Positions 31,596 to 42,074 of a DNA stretch of 64,000 bases are shown one piece after another; the first letter of the stretch is position 1, and each line of letters starts with the position of its first letter. Source of the stretch: Atribacterota bacterium (lineage in GTDB: Bacteria > Atribacterota > Phoenicimicrobiia > Phoenicimicrobiales > Stramentimicrobiaceae); assembly GCA_040767965.1 (NCBI GenBank), contig JAXGNR010000008.1:70614-134613 (forward strand), given 5' to 3'. Made by a program: the position numbers and the translations under genes. The notes below the pieces were generated by a model that saw only the letters and a list, made by a program, of their open reading frames with translations, had not been told where the DNA came from and did no database searches.

Positions 31596-31744
31596 TAATC
31601 TTTCTTGAAACTTGAAAATATTTGAATTGTTAAACTGGTAGGAGTATAATGCCTTAGTATGATTATTAGTGCAAATATTTAATTATTATAATAATAAAAA
31701 TTTGCACTAACTTAATTCACTGCTTAGGAATACTGAAGAAGAAG

Positions 31745-32089
31745 GTGTTTATTTTGGATGAACAGGAAATTATCGAGAAACTTATTGAGCTGGATGTCAG
31801 GGCATTAACAATAAATTCAAGAAGAAAAAACCAATTAGTTGAAATTACCAACCAATATAAAAAAGAAGAACAGGAAATAATTAAAAACTACCATTGGCAA
31901 ACAGAAAAAGAAAATGTAAAGACTGCTCAAAAAATCCTTCAGGAAGCCCAGGAAGAAATTGAACAGTTCAGGGAGAAGAATAAAGAAATCCTTGAAAATA
32001 TGGAACTGGAATTTAAAAGATCTCTAGCAACAATAACTGCGGAAATTATACAACAAATTTTTCAGTTTAATAGAGAGAATCATGGATAA
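31745..32089 (+). CDS. V/A-type ATPase subunit G/H (stator, coiled coil)
   Basis: Charged helical 114 aa protein, first gene of the operon. Confidence 0.6.
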   Translation: MFILDEQEIIEKLIELDVRALTINSRRKNQLVEITNQYKKEEQEIIKNYHWQTEKENVKTAQKILQEAQEEIEQFREKNKEILENMELEFKRSLATITAEIIQQIFQFNRENHG

Positions 32090-33128
32090 GTTTACTGTCT
32101 ATGCTGCTTTAAATACCAAGATAAGGGTATTAAAAAAAGAATTCATCAAACCGGAAGATTATCTAAACCTGCTAAAGCAAAAATCAGTTGCTGATGCATT
32201 TGTTTATTTAAAAGAAAATACTGCTTATCATAAGCTGCTGCAGGAAATTATTCCGGAAACTGTAAGCAGAAGAGATATAGAAGATATCTTGAAACGTAAT
32301 ATGGTCAAAAATATTGATAGATTAATTCATTTTTTTCAGGACGATTATAAGAAATTAATCAGATCTCTTTATATGAAATATGAAATTGAAGACTTGAAAA
32401 TCCTGGCAAGAAGTATTTTTAACAATAAAAAAATAACCAGTATAGAAAAACCTTTTACATTTTTAGGGAAATACAGCCAAGCAAATCCGGCTGAAATTAT
32501 GCAGTCTAATTCTATAAGAGACTTGATCTATTCTTTAAAAGGCTCTTATTTCTATGATTTATTAATTCCTCTGGCTGATGGAAGAAGAGAAAACCTCTTT
32601 CGTCTGGAGATGGCTTTGGATATGGGATATTTTGCTATTATCCAGAACCGTAAATTAAAGATATCAGCTGAGGACAGAACTTTACTGGAAAAATGGGAAG
32701 GCATGGTAGCAGATTTATTTAATATTCAGTGGATTTATCGCGGGAAAAAGTTTTACAATTTATCTCCGGAAGAGTTGTTGAATTACACAATCAACTTTGG
32801 TGACAAGTTAACCTTTCAGAAGCGCAAAGAAATGTGCTATACACAAAATATAGGAGAATTGTTAAAAATTACCAGTAATACATCGTACGGTTTTTTATTT
32901 AAAGAAGAAACAGTTTCTACTGATATATTTATGGAAAGAAGAATAAATAGGTATTTATATCATAAACTGAAGGAATTAAGTGGAAAATCCTCCTTTAGTA
33001 TTATCCAGACCATAGAATACGTCTGGTTACTGGAATTTGAAATAAGGGATATAATTTCAATTATTGAAAGTATCAGATATGAGCTGCCTGCCCAGGAAGC
33101 ACGAAAATTTTTAGTGAAAGCAGCATAA
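32082..33128 (+). CDS. V/A-type ATPase subunit C
   Basis: YAALNTKIR, YEIEDLK, DLFNIQWIYR, EIRDIISIIESIRY. Confidence 0.88.
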   Translation: MDKFTVYAALNTKIRVLKKEFIKPEDYLNLLKQKSVADAFVYLKENTAYHKLLQEIIPETVSRRDIEDILKRNMVKNIDRLIHFFQDDYKKLIRSLYMKYEIEDLKILARSIFNNKKITSIEKPFTFLGKYSQANPAEIMQSNSIRDLIYSLKGSYFYDLLIPLADGRRENLFRLEMALDMGYFAIIQNRKLKISAEDRTLLEKWEGMVADLFNIQWIYRGKKFYNLSPEELLNYTINFGDKLTFQKRKEMCYTQNIGELLKITSNTSYGFLFKEETVSTDIFMERRINRYLYHKLKELSGKSSFSIIQTIEYVWLLEFEIRDIISIIESIRYELPAQEARKFLVKAA

Positions 33129-33147
33129 AACCAAGGAGAAATAGTTA

Positions 33148-35124
33148 ATGAGTGTAGAAAGAATGAAAATAATGGGAATAATTGGGAAAAAAATGTTTTT
33201 AGATAAAACATTGCGTCTGGTAGTTCTGAACAAAAGCATGCATCTAATTAATGCATTAGCCAGAGTTAATTCTACAGATTTTTTCCTTGCTCCTACTGAG
33301 AGAAATATTGCTGCATTGGAAGAGGAAGCTTTTTTAAAACCATGTTCACAAAAAAGGGATTTTAACAAAGATGAAGAAATGGTTCGATTATTACAGAATC
33401 TTTTTAATATAAAACCAGAAATAAAAAAAGAATACTTAAAACAGGATTATGATTATCAGCAATTTATGAGACAATTTGAAGATATCTACCAAAAAGTAAA
33501 ACATACTGCTGATGAAATTACCGAAAAAGAACGTTTGATTGCCAACAAGAAAGAATATATTAATAATTTAAAATATCTTTCTGCTTTTCCAGACTTAAAT
33601 ATGAATAGACTTATTTCCATGCAATATTTATCCTTTAAACTTATCAGAATTTCCAGAGACAATTATGATAAGCTGAAAAAAAACTATGAAAATATTCCCG
33701 CTGTTATCTTGAAAATAGCAGTAGAAGGAAAACAAATAATAGTTGCCTCTTTTGTTCCGCAAACATTAGAAGAGACTGTAGAAAAGATATTCAGCTCATT
33801 AAATTACACTACCCTTGCTGTTCCAGAAAAAATTGAGGGGAATGTGGCTGAAATTATTGAGCAGCTTTCTCAGAATATTGAAGAAGACCTGCTTGAAATT
33901 GAAAATCGAAAAAAATCGCTGGAGAATTTCCGGGAAAAATATGGTAAAGAACTGCAAAAAGGTTATTCAAGACTGGAAATGGAAAAATTAATCGAGGAGA
34001 TTAAACCCGAAATTGCTGTTGGGGATAATTTATTTTTCTTATTTGGTTTTGTCCCGACAGGTGATATAACACAGCTAAAAAATGAATTAGAACAGCATTT
34101 CAGTGATCAGCTGATAATTTTAGTTGATGAAGCAAAACAACCTGGTTCAGGCATTACTCCTCCTACAAAACTGAAAAATATGAGGCTGTTTAGTCCTTTT
34201 GAATCACTGGTAAAAATGTACGGAACTCCCGATTATCAGGAAAAAGACCCTACTGCTTTTTTCGCTATTACCTATATGATTCTTTTTGGAGCTATGTTTG
34301 GTGATGTGGGCCAGGGGCTGGTCCTTTTTATCATTGGTATTTTCTTGGAATTTACTTTTAAAAAAGGAGGAATGGCAGGAATTCTGAGCCGGATAGGGTT
34401 CAGCTCTGCTATCTTTGGTCTTTTCTATGGCAGTGTCTTCGGTTCTGAAGAAATAATTTCTCCCTTAGTTATCAACCCGATGGCAAATATTAATAATATG
34501 CTGATTATTTCGGTTATTTTTGGGATAATACTTATGTTAAGCGGTTATATTTTTAATATGATAAACTCCAGTTATGAAAAAAATATAGAAGAAGGACTGC
34601 TGGGGAGAAATGGTTTAGTCGGACTTTCTTTTTACCTGCTCTTACTGTTTAGCGCATATCAGGCTTTTGTTGCACATCAGGAGGTAAAAACTGCCTATGT
34701 TTTTACCTTATTAGCTTTATTGGTGTTAATGTTATTTAAAGTACCAATATCCAGAAAAATGTTACCCGGTGATAACTCATCTTTGATTTTTTCAATCAAT
34801 GACTATATTGAGGAGGGATTTGGTGTTCTGGAAACACTTCTTTCAATGTTATCCAACACTATTTCTTTTTTAAGAGTAGGAGCCTTTGCCCTGAATCATG
34901 TGGGGTTATATATTGCTTTTTTAACCTTGTCTGAGATGATTAAAAGTTCAATGGGGAGTTGGGCAATTTTAATATTAGGGAATATAATAATTCTTACTTT
35001 AGAGGCTTTGATAGTATTTATCCAGGCACTGAGACTGGAATATTATGAATTATTCACCAAATATTATCGAGGAACCGGAATTGAATATACTCCCGCAAAA
35101 ATGAACCATAATATAAATTTGTAA
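33148..35124 (+). CDS. V/A-type ATPase subunit I (a)
   Basis: PPTKLKN, FGAMFGDVGQG, SNTISFLRVGAF, LRLEYYE. Confidence 0.93.
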   Translation: MSVERMKIMGIIGKKMFLDKTLRLVVLNKSMHLINALARVNSTDFFLAPTERNIAALEEEAFLKPCSQKRDFNKDEEMVRLLQNLFNIKPEIKKEYLKQDYDYQQFMRQFEDIYQKVKHTADEITEKERLIANKKEYINNLKYLSAFPDLNMNRLISMQYLSFKLIRISRDNYDKLKKNYENIPAVILKIAVEGKQIIVASFVPQTLEETVEKIFSSLNYTTLAVPEKIEGNVAEIIEQLSQNIEEDLLEIENRKKSLENFREKYGKELQKGYSRLEMEKLIEEIKPEIAVGDNLFFLFGFVPTGDITQLKNELEQHFSDQLIILVDEAKQPGSGITPPTKLKNMRLFSPFESLVKMYGTPDYQEKDPTAFFAITYMILFGAMFGDVGQGLVLFIIGIFLEFTFKKGGMAGILSRIGFSSAIFGLFYGSVFGSEEIISPLVINPMANINNMLIISVIFGIILMLSGYIFNMINSSYEKNIEEGLLGRNGLVGLSFYLLLLFSAYQAFVAHQEVKTAYVFTLLALLVLMLFKVPISRKMLPGDNSSLIFSINDYIEEGFGVLETLLSMLSNTISFLRVGAFALNHVGLYIAFLTLSEMIKSSMGSWAILILGNIIILTLEALIVFIQALRLEYYELFTKYYRGTGIEYTPAKMNHNINL

Positions 35125-35158
35125 TTATACCTATTTAAAAACGGAGGATTAAATTATC

Positions 35159-35578
35159 ATGTATGTTGTATTGTTTATTGCCATGATCATATCTGGTTTA
35201 ACTATTGCCATGGGAATCTATTGTTATTTAAAAAAAGATAAAAAGAATATTAAAAAAATCAGGAGATTAGTTAAAACTTCAATATTTGCCTATACAGTAT
35301 TAGTGGCTGTTTTTCTTTTTTTTCTATTGCCGGATATAGCCAGGGCACAAACCAATACTGATTCTTCGTCAGGAATGGGATTTTTGGCAGCTGCCCTTTC
35401 TACCGGTCTGGCTACTATCGGTGCCGGTTATGCAGTAGGTGCAGTAGGTTCTTCAGCCCTGGGTGCTGTTTCTGAAGATCCTAATATTTTGGGCAAAACC
35501 CTTATTTTTGTTGGGTTAGCAGAAGGTATTGCTATCTATGGCCTGATAGTTTCTATTATGATCTTAGGGAGATTATAG
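35159..35578 (+). CDS. V/A-type ATPase subunit K (c, proteolipid)
   Basis: GAGYAVGAVG, GLAEGIAIYG (catalytic Glu). Confidence 0.9.
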   Translation: MYVVLFIAMIISGLTIAMGIYCYLKKDKKNIKKIRRLVKTSIFAYTVLVAVFLFFLLPDIARAQTNTDSSSGMGFLAAALSTGLATIGAGYAVGAVGSSALGAVSEDPNILGKTLIFVGLAEGIAIYGLIVSIMILGRL

Positions 35579-35589
35579 GGATATTTTCC

Positions 35590-35898
35590 ATGAAAATGTT
35601 TTTGATTAGCGATAATACTCATACGTTAACCGGAATAAGGCTTTCCGGAGTCGAAGGTATAGTAGTGCATGAAAGAGAAGAAACGTTACAAGCATTAGAA
35701 AAAGTTAGCCAGGAAAAGGAAATAGGAATTTTGCTGATAACTGAACTGTTAATGGAAAAAGTGCAGCCAGAATTGAATGCAATGAAATTATCCAACAAAC
35801 TTCCGATTATTGTTGAGATTCCTGACAGACACGGGACCAGGCGTCCTGCGGATTTTCTCACCAGATATATCAGAGAATCAATCGGAATTAAGATTTGA
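35590..35898 (+). CDS. V/A-type ATPase subunit F
   Basis: DNTHTLTGIRLSGV, IGILLITE, PIIVEIP, IRESIGIKI. Confidence 0.92.
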   Translation: MKMFLISDNTHTLTGIRLSGVEGIVVHEREETLQALEKVSQEKEIGILLITELLMEKVQPELNAMKLSNKLPIIVEIPDRHGTRRPADFLTRYIRESIGIKI

Positions 35899-35913
35899 GG
35901 TGTAGATTTTATC

Positions 35914-36546
35914 ATGTCTAATACAATAGAAGACAAAATATCCCTTTTTACCAAGGTAATTATTGAAAGAATAGAGCTGGATTGCCAGGAAAAGGAACAA
36001 AAATTACTGGATTATTATGAAAATCGTAAAAGGAATCTGATAAATGAATATGAAGAAAGAAAAAAAAGTTCCCTGGAAACAGCCCGCAAAGATGCTGAAA
36101 TAAAAAAACAGCAGCTAATCCAAAAAGCTAAAGCAGATATGCGTTTACAGATATTAAAGAAAAGACAGGAATTTACTGATAGGGTTACTCAGGAAGTAAA
36201 GAGAGAAATCAAGAAATTTATTGACAGTCAGCAATACAATGTCTTTTTAGTGCAAGCCATGCAAAAAACCTTAGCAGCTTTTTCTGAAAAACAATTTGTT
36301 ATTATTGATCTTAGTGAAAATGATTTTAAAAATAAAAAAGCAATTATTCTGGACACTATTGCCAATCTCCGACAGGAGAATACTTATCAATTACATGCTC
36401 TTCATAATCTTCTCGGTGGGGTTTATGTGAAGAGCGGAGATGGCCGGATGGAAATTGATTATACTATTAACTCAATAATAGAAGAAAGCAATAAATTAAT
36501 AGGAGAAATATTATTTTCTCACTTAAACAAGGAGATACAAGACTAA
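35914..36546 (+). CDS. V/A-type ATPase subunit E
   Basis: Coiled-coil N-terminus, LLGGVYV...IDYT; operon position. Confidence 0.85.
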   Translation: MSNTIEDKISLFTKVIIERIELDCQEKEQKLLDYYENRKRNLINEYEERKKSSLETARKDAEIKKQQLIQKAKADMRLQILKKRQEFTDRVTQEVKREIKKFIDSQQYNVFLVQAMQKTLAAFSEKQFVIIDLSENDFKNKKAIILDTIANLRQENTYQLHALHNLLGGVYVKSGDGRMEIDYTINSIIEESNKLIGEILFSHLNKEIQD

Positions 36547-36547
36547 G

Positions 36548-38323
36548 ATGAGAGGGTTGGGAAATATAGTATATATAAACGGACCAGTAGTAAAAGCCAC
36601 CAATATGGAAGGCTTTATGGTACGGGAAATGGTGCTTGTAGGAGAAAAAAAACTTATTGGAGAAATTATTTCTCTGGAAAATAAATTAGGGACTATTCAG
36701 GTATATGAAGAAACTGCCGGGTTGAAGTTAACAGAAATAATCCAGGGTACCGGGGAAACCCTTTCCTTAAAATTAGGTCCGGGAATTTTAGGAAATATTT
36801 TTGATGGTATTGCAAGACCGCTATCTCAGATTTATGCCCGTGGTAAATCATTTATTCCTGAAGGGATTGGACTGACTTCTCTGGATACAGAAAAGGAATG
36901 GCCTGTTGAAATCATTGCAAAAACAGGCACCAGGTTAATATCCGGTCAGGTTTTTGCCCAGGTGCAGGAAACAAGCTCCATTCTACACAAAATAATGGTT
37001 CCACCAGGAATTGAAGGCAATATAATTGAAGCGGTGGAAGATGGTTTCTACAAAATTACTGATACCTTGATTGTATTAGAAAATAAGGGCAAAGAATATA
37101 AATTAAATATGTTTCAGGAATGGCCGGTAAGAAAACCCAGACCTGCTTGTAAAAGGATACCTATAGATAAATTATTAGTAACAGGACAGAGGATTATTGA
37201 TACCTTTTTCCCTATAGCCAAGGGTGGTACGGCAGCTATTCCAGGCAGTTTTGGTACAGGAAAAACAATCACTCAGCATCAACTGGCTAAATGGAGCGAT
37301 GCCGATATTATTGTTTATATCGGTTGTGGGGAACGTGGGAATGAAATGACTGAAGTATTGGAAGACTTCCCAAAACTGAAAGATCCTAAAACAGGAAATC
37401 CTCTGATGGACCGAACTGTCCTTATTGCTAATACCTCTAATATGCCTGTAGCCGCCAGAGAGGCTTCTATTTATACAGGTATCACTATTGCTGAATACTT
37501 CAGAGACATGGGTTACAATGTTGCAGTGATGGCAGACTCTACTTCCAGATGGGCAGAGGCCTTAAGAGAAATTTCCGGCAGATTAGAAGAAATGCCGGCT
37601 GAAGAAGGATATCCAGCCTATCTTGGTTCAAGGCTGGCAGCTTTTTATGAAAGAGCAGGTTATTTTCAAAATTTAAATGGTTCAGAAGGGTCAATTACAA
37701 TAATCGGAGCTGTTTCACCGGCAGGAGGAGATTTTTCCGAACCGGTTACCAAATCTACCAAGCGAATTGTAGGTGCCTTCCTGGCGTTAGACCGGGAATT
37801 GGCTTATGCCAGGCATTTTCCATCAATAAACTGGTTATATTCCTACAGTAATTATCTTCCCATGCTGAAGAACTGGTTCAAAGAGAATGTAGCTGCAGAT
37901 ATGTTAGAATTGAGAGGAATAATGATGGGTGTTTTGCAGGAAGAAAGCAAACTGATGGATATTGTAAAATTAGTAGGTGAAGATGTTTTGCCTGATGACC
38001 AGAGATTAGTACTGGAAATAGCCAAAATCATTAAGACCGGATATCTGCAGCAAAGTGCCTATCAGACACAGGATTTATATACAACTCTCAAACGTCAGTA
38101 CAATATGTTAAAAGTTATAGTAAAACTTTATGAGAGAGCCAATGCATGTATTAAACAGGGGATTCCACTTTCCAGGGTAAAAAACGAACAGCTGTTTTCT
38201 GATATTGTGATGCTGAAATATCAGGAAAGCACTGCAGAAAACACTCTTTTTAAGTTATTTTTGGATAAGATTAGCAATTATTACAATCAAATAGAAGACA
38301 TGTATAGCGAAGAGAAGGTTTGA
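36548..38323 (+). CDS. V/A-type ATPase subunit A (catalytic)
   Basis: PGSFGTGKT Walker A, CGERGNE, ANTSNMPVAAREAS, ADSTSRWAEALRE. Confidence 0.96.
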   Translation: MRGLGNIVYINGPVVKATNMEGFMVREMVLVGEKKLIGEIISLENKLGTIQVYEETAGLKLTEIIQGTGETLSLKLGPGILGNIFDGIARPLSQIYARGKSFIPEGIGLTSLDTEKEWPVEIIAKTGTRLISGQVFAQVQETSSILHKIMVPPGIEGNIIEAVEDGFYKITDTLIVLENKGKEYKLNMFQEWPVRKPRPACKRIPIDKLLVTGQRIIDTFFPIAKGGTAAIPGSFGTGKTITQHQLAKWSDADIIVYIGCGERGNEMTEVLEDFPKLKDPKTGNPLMDRTVLIANTSNMPVAAREASIYTGITIAEYFRDMGYNVAVMADSTSRWAEALREISGRLEEMPAEEGYPAYLGSRLAAFYERAGYFQNLNGSEGSITIIGAVSPAGGDFSEPVTKSTKRIVGAFLALDRELAYARHFPSINWLYSYSNYLPMLKNWFKENVAADMLELRGIMMGVLQEESKLMDIVKLVGEDVLPDDQRLVLEIAKIIKTGYLQQSAYQTQDLYTTLKRQYNMLKVIVKLYERANACIKQGIPLSRVKNEQLFSDIVMLKYQESTAENTLFKLFLDKISNYYNQIEDMYSEEKV

Positions 38324-38326
38324 TAA

Positions 38327-39700
38327 ATGAAAATTAAATATCTAAAACTGGAAAAAGCAGAAGGTCCGTTAATTGTGATGGATGAGGTTCAAGATGCAGT
38401 CTATGGAGAGCTTGTCAATATTGAGCTTCCAGGCAGTATACAGCGGACAGGACAGGTAGTCCAGATAGATCGGGGGAAGGTTGTAATTCAGGTTTTTCAG
38501 GGATCCTCAGGTATTTATCTGAATAATGTATATGTAAGCTTTACCGGAAAGCCAATGGAAATGTCTCTCTCAAATGAAATACTGGGAAGAGTGTTTGACG
38601 GTACAGCAAAGCCAATAGATGGTGCAGGAGATGTTTATTCTCTGAAAAGCTATAATATAAATGGCCGGCCGATGAATCCGGTAGCCAGGCTTTATCCAAG
38701 AAATTACATTCAGACTGGAATATCTTCCATTGACGGGCTTATGACCTTAATCAGAGGGCAGAAATTACCAATTTTTTCCGGAGATGGTTTACCTCATAAT
38801 CATCTGGCTGCTCAAATTGTAAGGCAAGCCCGCATCTCAGAAGAAGATGCAGAAAATTTTGTAGTGATTTTTGCAGCTATGGGTATCAAACATGATGAAG
38901 CTGATTTTTTCCGTAAATCTTTTGAAGATGCAGGGGTGATGGATCGCGTAGTAATGTACCTAAATCTGGCAGATGATCCGGTTATGGAAAGAATTATTAC
39001 TCCCAGATGTGCCCTTACTGCTGCAGAATATTTGGCTTTTGAAAGTAATAAACATGTCCTGGTTATTATTACTGATATGACCAGTTATTGCGAAGCCTTG
39101 CGGGAGATTTCTTCGGCTAGAGAAGAAGTTCCTTCCAGGAAAGGTTATCCGGGGTACCTTTACTCTGATTTAGCAAGCCTCTATGAAAGAGCAGGCATGC
39201 TGAAAGGCTCTCAAGGAAGCATTACTCAGATAGGTATCCTCACTATGCCCAATGATGATATTACCCATCCGGTGCCTGATCTAACCGGCTATATCACAGA
39301 GGGACAAATTGTGTTAAGCAGATCATTATTTCAGGCGGGTATTTATCCGCCCATTAATATTCTTTCTTCCTTGTCACGGCTTATGAAAGACGGAATTGGA
39401 GAAAAATATACCAGAGAGGATCACCCTGATGTAGCAAATCAAATCTTTTCATCTTATTCCAGAGTGCAGGAGATTCGGGCTTTAGCCCAAATTATAGGAG
39501 AGGACGAACTTTCAGAAGTAGACCGAAAATATATGGAATTTGGCCGGCAATTTGAGCAGCAATTTGCAAAACAGGATTTTGAAGAGTCCCGTGATATTCA
39601 GCAGACCTTAAACCTGATGTGGAAAGTGCTCAGTTTTCTGCCGGAACAGGAACTAAACCGGATAGATCCTTCTTTAACAAAGAAATATTTCAGGAAGTAA
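38327..39700 (+). CDS. V/A-type ATPase subunit B
   Basis: [35 protein letters not shown]. Confidence 0.96.
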   Translation: MKIKYLKLEKAEGPLIVMDEVQDAVYGELVNIELPGSIQRTGQVVQIDRGKVVIQVFQGSSGIYLNNVYVSFTGKPMEMSLSNEILGRVFDGTAKPIDGAGDVYSLKSYNINGRPMNPVARLYPRNYIQTGISSIDGLMTLIRGQKLPIFSGDGLPHNHLAAQIVRQARISEEDAENFVVIFAAMGIKHDEADFFRKSFEDAGVMDRVVMYLNLADDPVMERIITPRCALTAAEYLAFESNKHVLVIITDMTSYCEALREISSAREEVPSRKGYPGYLYSDLASLYERAGMLKGSQGSITQIGILTMPNDDITHPVPDLTGYITEGQIVLSRSLFQAGIYPPINILSSLSRLMKDGIGEKYTREDHPDVANQIFSSYSRVQEIRALAQIIGEDELSEVDRKYMEFGRQFEQQFAKQDFEESRDIQQTLNLMWKVLSFLPEQELNRIDPSLTKKYFRK

Positions 39701-39706
39701 GATTAA

Positions 39707-40387
39707 ATGCAGGAAAATATAACCTCAACCAAGGCAAATCTTATTGCTGCACAGGCAGCTTTGGATTTTTCCAAAAAAGGATTTGAGCTATTAGATAAAA
39801 AAAGAAATGTTTTAATCAAAAACATGATGGAATTTATGGAAAGGGCAAAAGAAATCCAGCAAAAAACTCAGGAAATATTTCAGGATGCCTATCAAGCCCT
39901 TACAGTAGCAAATATCAGCCTGGGTATAAATGAAGTAAATGAAGTTGCCCAATCAATTTCCCTGACTACTGAATTTAATATACTGACCTATAGTATTATG
40001 GGAGTGGAAATACCCCAGGTCAAGTATGAAAAGTATGAAATTGAACCCTCTTACAGTTTTTATCATACCAATACTGCTTTGGATGTGACACTGCAAAAAT
40101 TTCAACAGATTAAGTATCTCCTTTACGAGTTAGCTGAAATAGAAGATTCAGTTTATAAACTGGCTATAGAAATCAAAAGAACCCAAAAAAGGACAAACGC
40201 CCTAAAAAATATTCAAATACCTAAATATGAAAATATGGTCAAGTTTATAACAGAAGTACTGGAAGAAAAAGACAGAGAAGATTTTTTTCGTCTGAAGGTC
40301 TTAAAAAAAAAAGAAAATCCACAAACCCTCAGCATCAGTATAACAGTTTCACTTGCAATTTTTCAAATTTCAGCTAATATATTTTAA
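39707..40387 (+). CDS. V/A-type ATPase subunit D
   Basis: GFELLDKKRNVL, IMGVEIP, TQKRTNAL, EDFFRLK; the end may be extended by a poly-A length error. Confidence 0.93.
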   Translation: MQENITSTKANLIAAQAALDFSKKGFELLDKKRNVLIKNMMEFMERAKEIQQKTQEIFQDAYQALTVANISLGINEVNEVAQSISLTTEFNILTYSIMGVEIPQVKYEKYEIEPSYSFYHTNTALDVTLQKFQQIKYLLYELAEIEDSVYKLAIEIKRTQKRTNALKNIQIPKYENMVKFITEVLEEKDREDFFRLKVLKKKENPQTLSISITVSLAIFQISANIF

Positions 40388-40491
40388 ATGAACAACTTAA
40401 CAAACAATTTTTCAAGATTTCAGCTGATTTTCAGATATATTAGGTAGAACTAATATCTATGGCAAACAATAAAAAACAAGGAGAATAAAAA

Positions 40492-40962
40492 ATGGCTAAC
40501 TTTATCGCTAAAACTGGAAAAATATTAGCAGTCTGCTTAAGCAAAGAAAAAGGAACTGTCAAAAAAGAAGTTGCATCTGCTGTTTTAGTAGAAGATCATG
40601 GACTGCAGGAAGATGCACATGCCGGAAAATGGCATCGTCAGGTAAGCCTGTTAGGTGTGGAAAGTATTAATAAAATGAGAGATAAAGGGTTTCAAATAAA
40701 CTTTGGTGATTTTGCGGAAAATATAGCTACCGAAGGAATCATTTTGAATCAGTTACCAATTGGAACGAAATTGGAAGTTGGAGAAAATGTTTTGTTGGAA
40801 ATAACCCAAATCGGTAAGAAATGCCATCATGACTGTGAAATTAAACAAAAAATTGGCGATTGTGTTATGCCTAAAGAGGGAATTTTCGCAAAGGTATTAA
40901 AAGGTGGAGAAATCAAAGCAGGTGATAGCATGAAAGTCTTGTCTGTCTCAGACAGTCAATAG
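40492..40962 (+). CDS. MOSC domain protein
   Basis: GLQEDAHAG.WHRQVSLL, GDFAENI, QIGKKCH, CVMPKEGIF. Confidence 0.9.
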   Translation: MANFIAKTGKILAVCLSKEKGTVKKEVASAVLVEDHGLQEDAHAGKWHRQVSLLGVESINKMRDKGFQINFGDFAENIATEGIILNQLPIGTKLEVGENVLLEITQIGKKCHHDCEIKQKIGDCVMPKEGIFAKVLKGGEIKAGDSMKVLSVSDSQ

Positions 40963-41671
40963 ATTTTTACTTTTATAATCTAATTCAGATTTTTTGTGTC
41001 ATTTTTTATTTTTCTTTCCAATTATATCGTGGAAGCAATTGCTGTCTTGAGAATGGTTTGAAAACAAATGCATCTAATAAACATATAGTAAGGTATCTCA
41101 ACAATAAAGAACAATTTTAATATGTTAAAATGTTAAAATAGCATTATTTATATCAAAATACCTTGTAATATACCTCTAATCTGATTAAATAATCATTTAT
41201 AAAACTCTTTTTGACATTACTGCTATTTTGAAAATTTATTCGATCAATAAACTTCTACTCATTTTTTCCTTTGGAAATTTCAATCGAAAAATGAACCATA
41301 CCCTTGATACGGGGGATGGTTCTTCTCATCATGAGATTAGACCGATGAGCAATAAGGATAAGTTTTAGAAGTAGGAGTCTGGTCTCAGCATTTTATATAG
41401 ATTATTATCAATTCTAAAAAATAATGGAACCATTAATTCAAAGAAATATCATATTATAATAATCTGATGAATTGACAATTCATCTAATCCGATCAAGTAA
41501 AGGGAAAACGAAAAAAGAATCAGTTTGTAAGAAAAAAATGAATTTGTAGAATTTTTTACCATTGAAAGCAAATTTTGAGATTTTAAAAAAGATTGAAAAA
41601 GTTTTTTAAAAAGTATATATTATAAATATTTAGTATGAATAAACATTTCTAATTAAAATAATTATTTATGG

Positions 41672-41761
41672 AGATTGATAAAGGCAAACTATCCGAAAGG
41701 GTAGGACGCAAAGTTATGGGTCTAAGACATGTATCTGCTATGACTGCCAGACTGCCGATTT
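41672..41761 (+). ncRNA. c-di-GMP-I (GEMM) riboswitch
   Basis: GGCAAAC-TATCC-GAAA-GGGTAG-GACGCAAAG...GGGTCTAA...GCCAGACTGCC then a U-rich tract. Confidence 0.93.
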
Positions 41762-41809
41762 TCTTTTTATTTTCAGAAAACAATCTATAAATAAAAAAAG
41801 GAGAGATAT

Positions 41810-42016
41810 ATGAGAAAATTTGTTGTGTGTATTTTAGTAGCAATCTTTTTATTTACTGGTTTTGGTGGAATGGTAAGTGCACAGCGAGGACCTGCCCCAA
41901 ATTCTGGAGATGGCACTTCAGATGGTAGTGGATTTGATGGAAATTATGGCTCTTCAAATGGATGCGGATCTGCACCTAATTCCGGTGATGGAGTTCCAGA
42001 CGGTTCTGGTTGGTAA
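41810..42016 (+). CDS. Small secreted Gly/Ser/Asp-rich peptide with two APNSGDGxxDGSG repeats
   Basis: AGGAG RBS, signal peptide ending VSA, own terminator. Confidence 0.8.
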   Translation: MRKFVVCILVAIFLFTGFGGMVSAQRGPAPNSGDGTSDGSGFDGNYGSSNGCGSAPNSGDGVPDGSGW

Positions 42017-42074
42017 TATTTAATATTGTCCTTTATAGTAAATTTTAAGAATATGCGAAAATATTCAGTTATAT

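Noticed and set aside
40300-40387. Hydrophobic C-terminal extension on ATPase subunit D
   Set aside because: It follows a 10-A run; one fewer A gives a short normal end (KKKKIHKPSASV*), so it is probably a homopolymer error or neutral slippage
41293-41322. Group II intron domain V or fluoride/TPP riboswitch
   Set aside because: Bulge position, length and downstream motifs do not fit; kept only as an unassigned structure
41649-41843. 64-aa minus-strand ORF
   Set aside because: It is the antisense reading of the c-di-GMP riboswitch
41810-41880. Double-glycine (C39-cleaved) bacteriocin leader in the small peptide (..GFGG|)
   Set aside because: The N-terminus is a classical hydrophobic signal peptide with a VSA cleavage site, and no ABC exporter or modifying enzymes are adjacent
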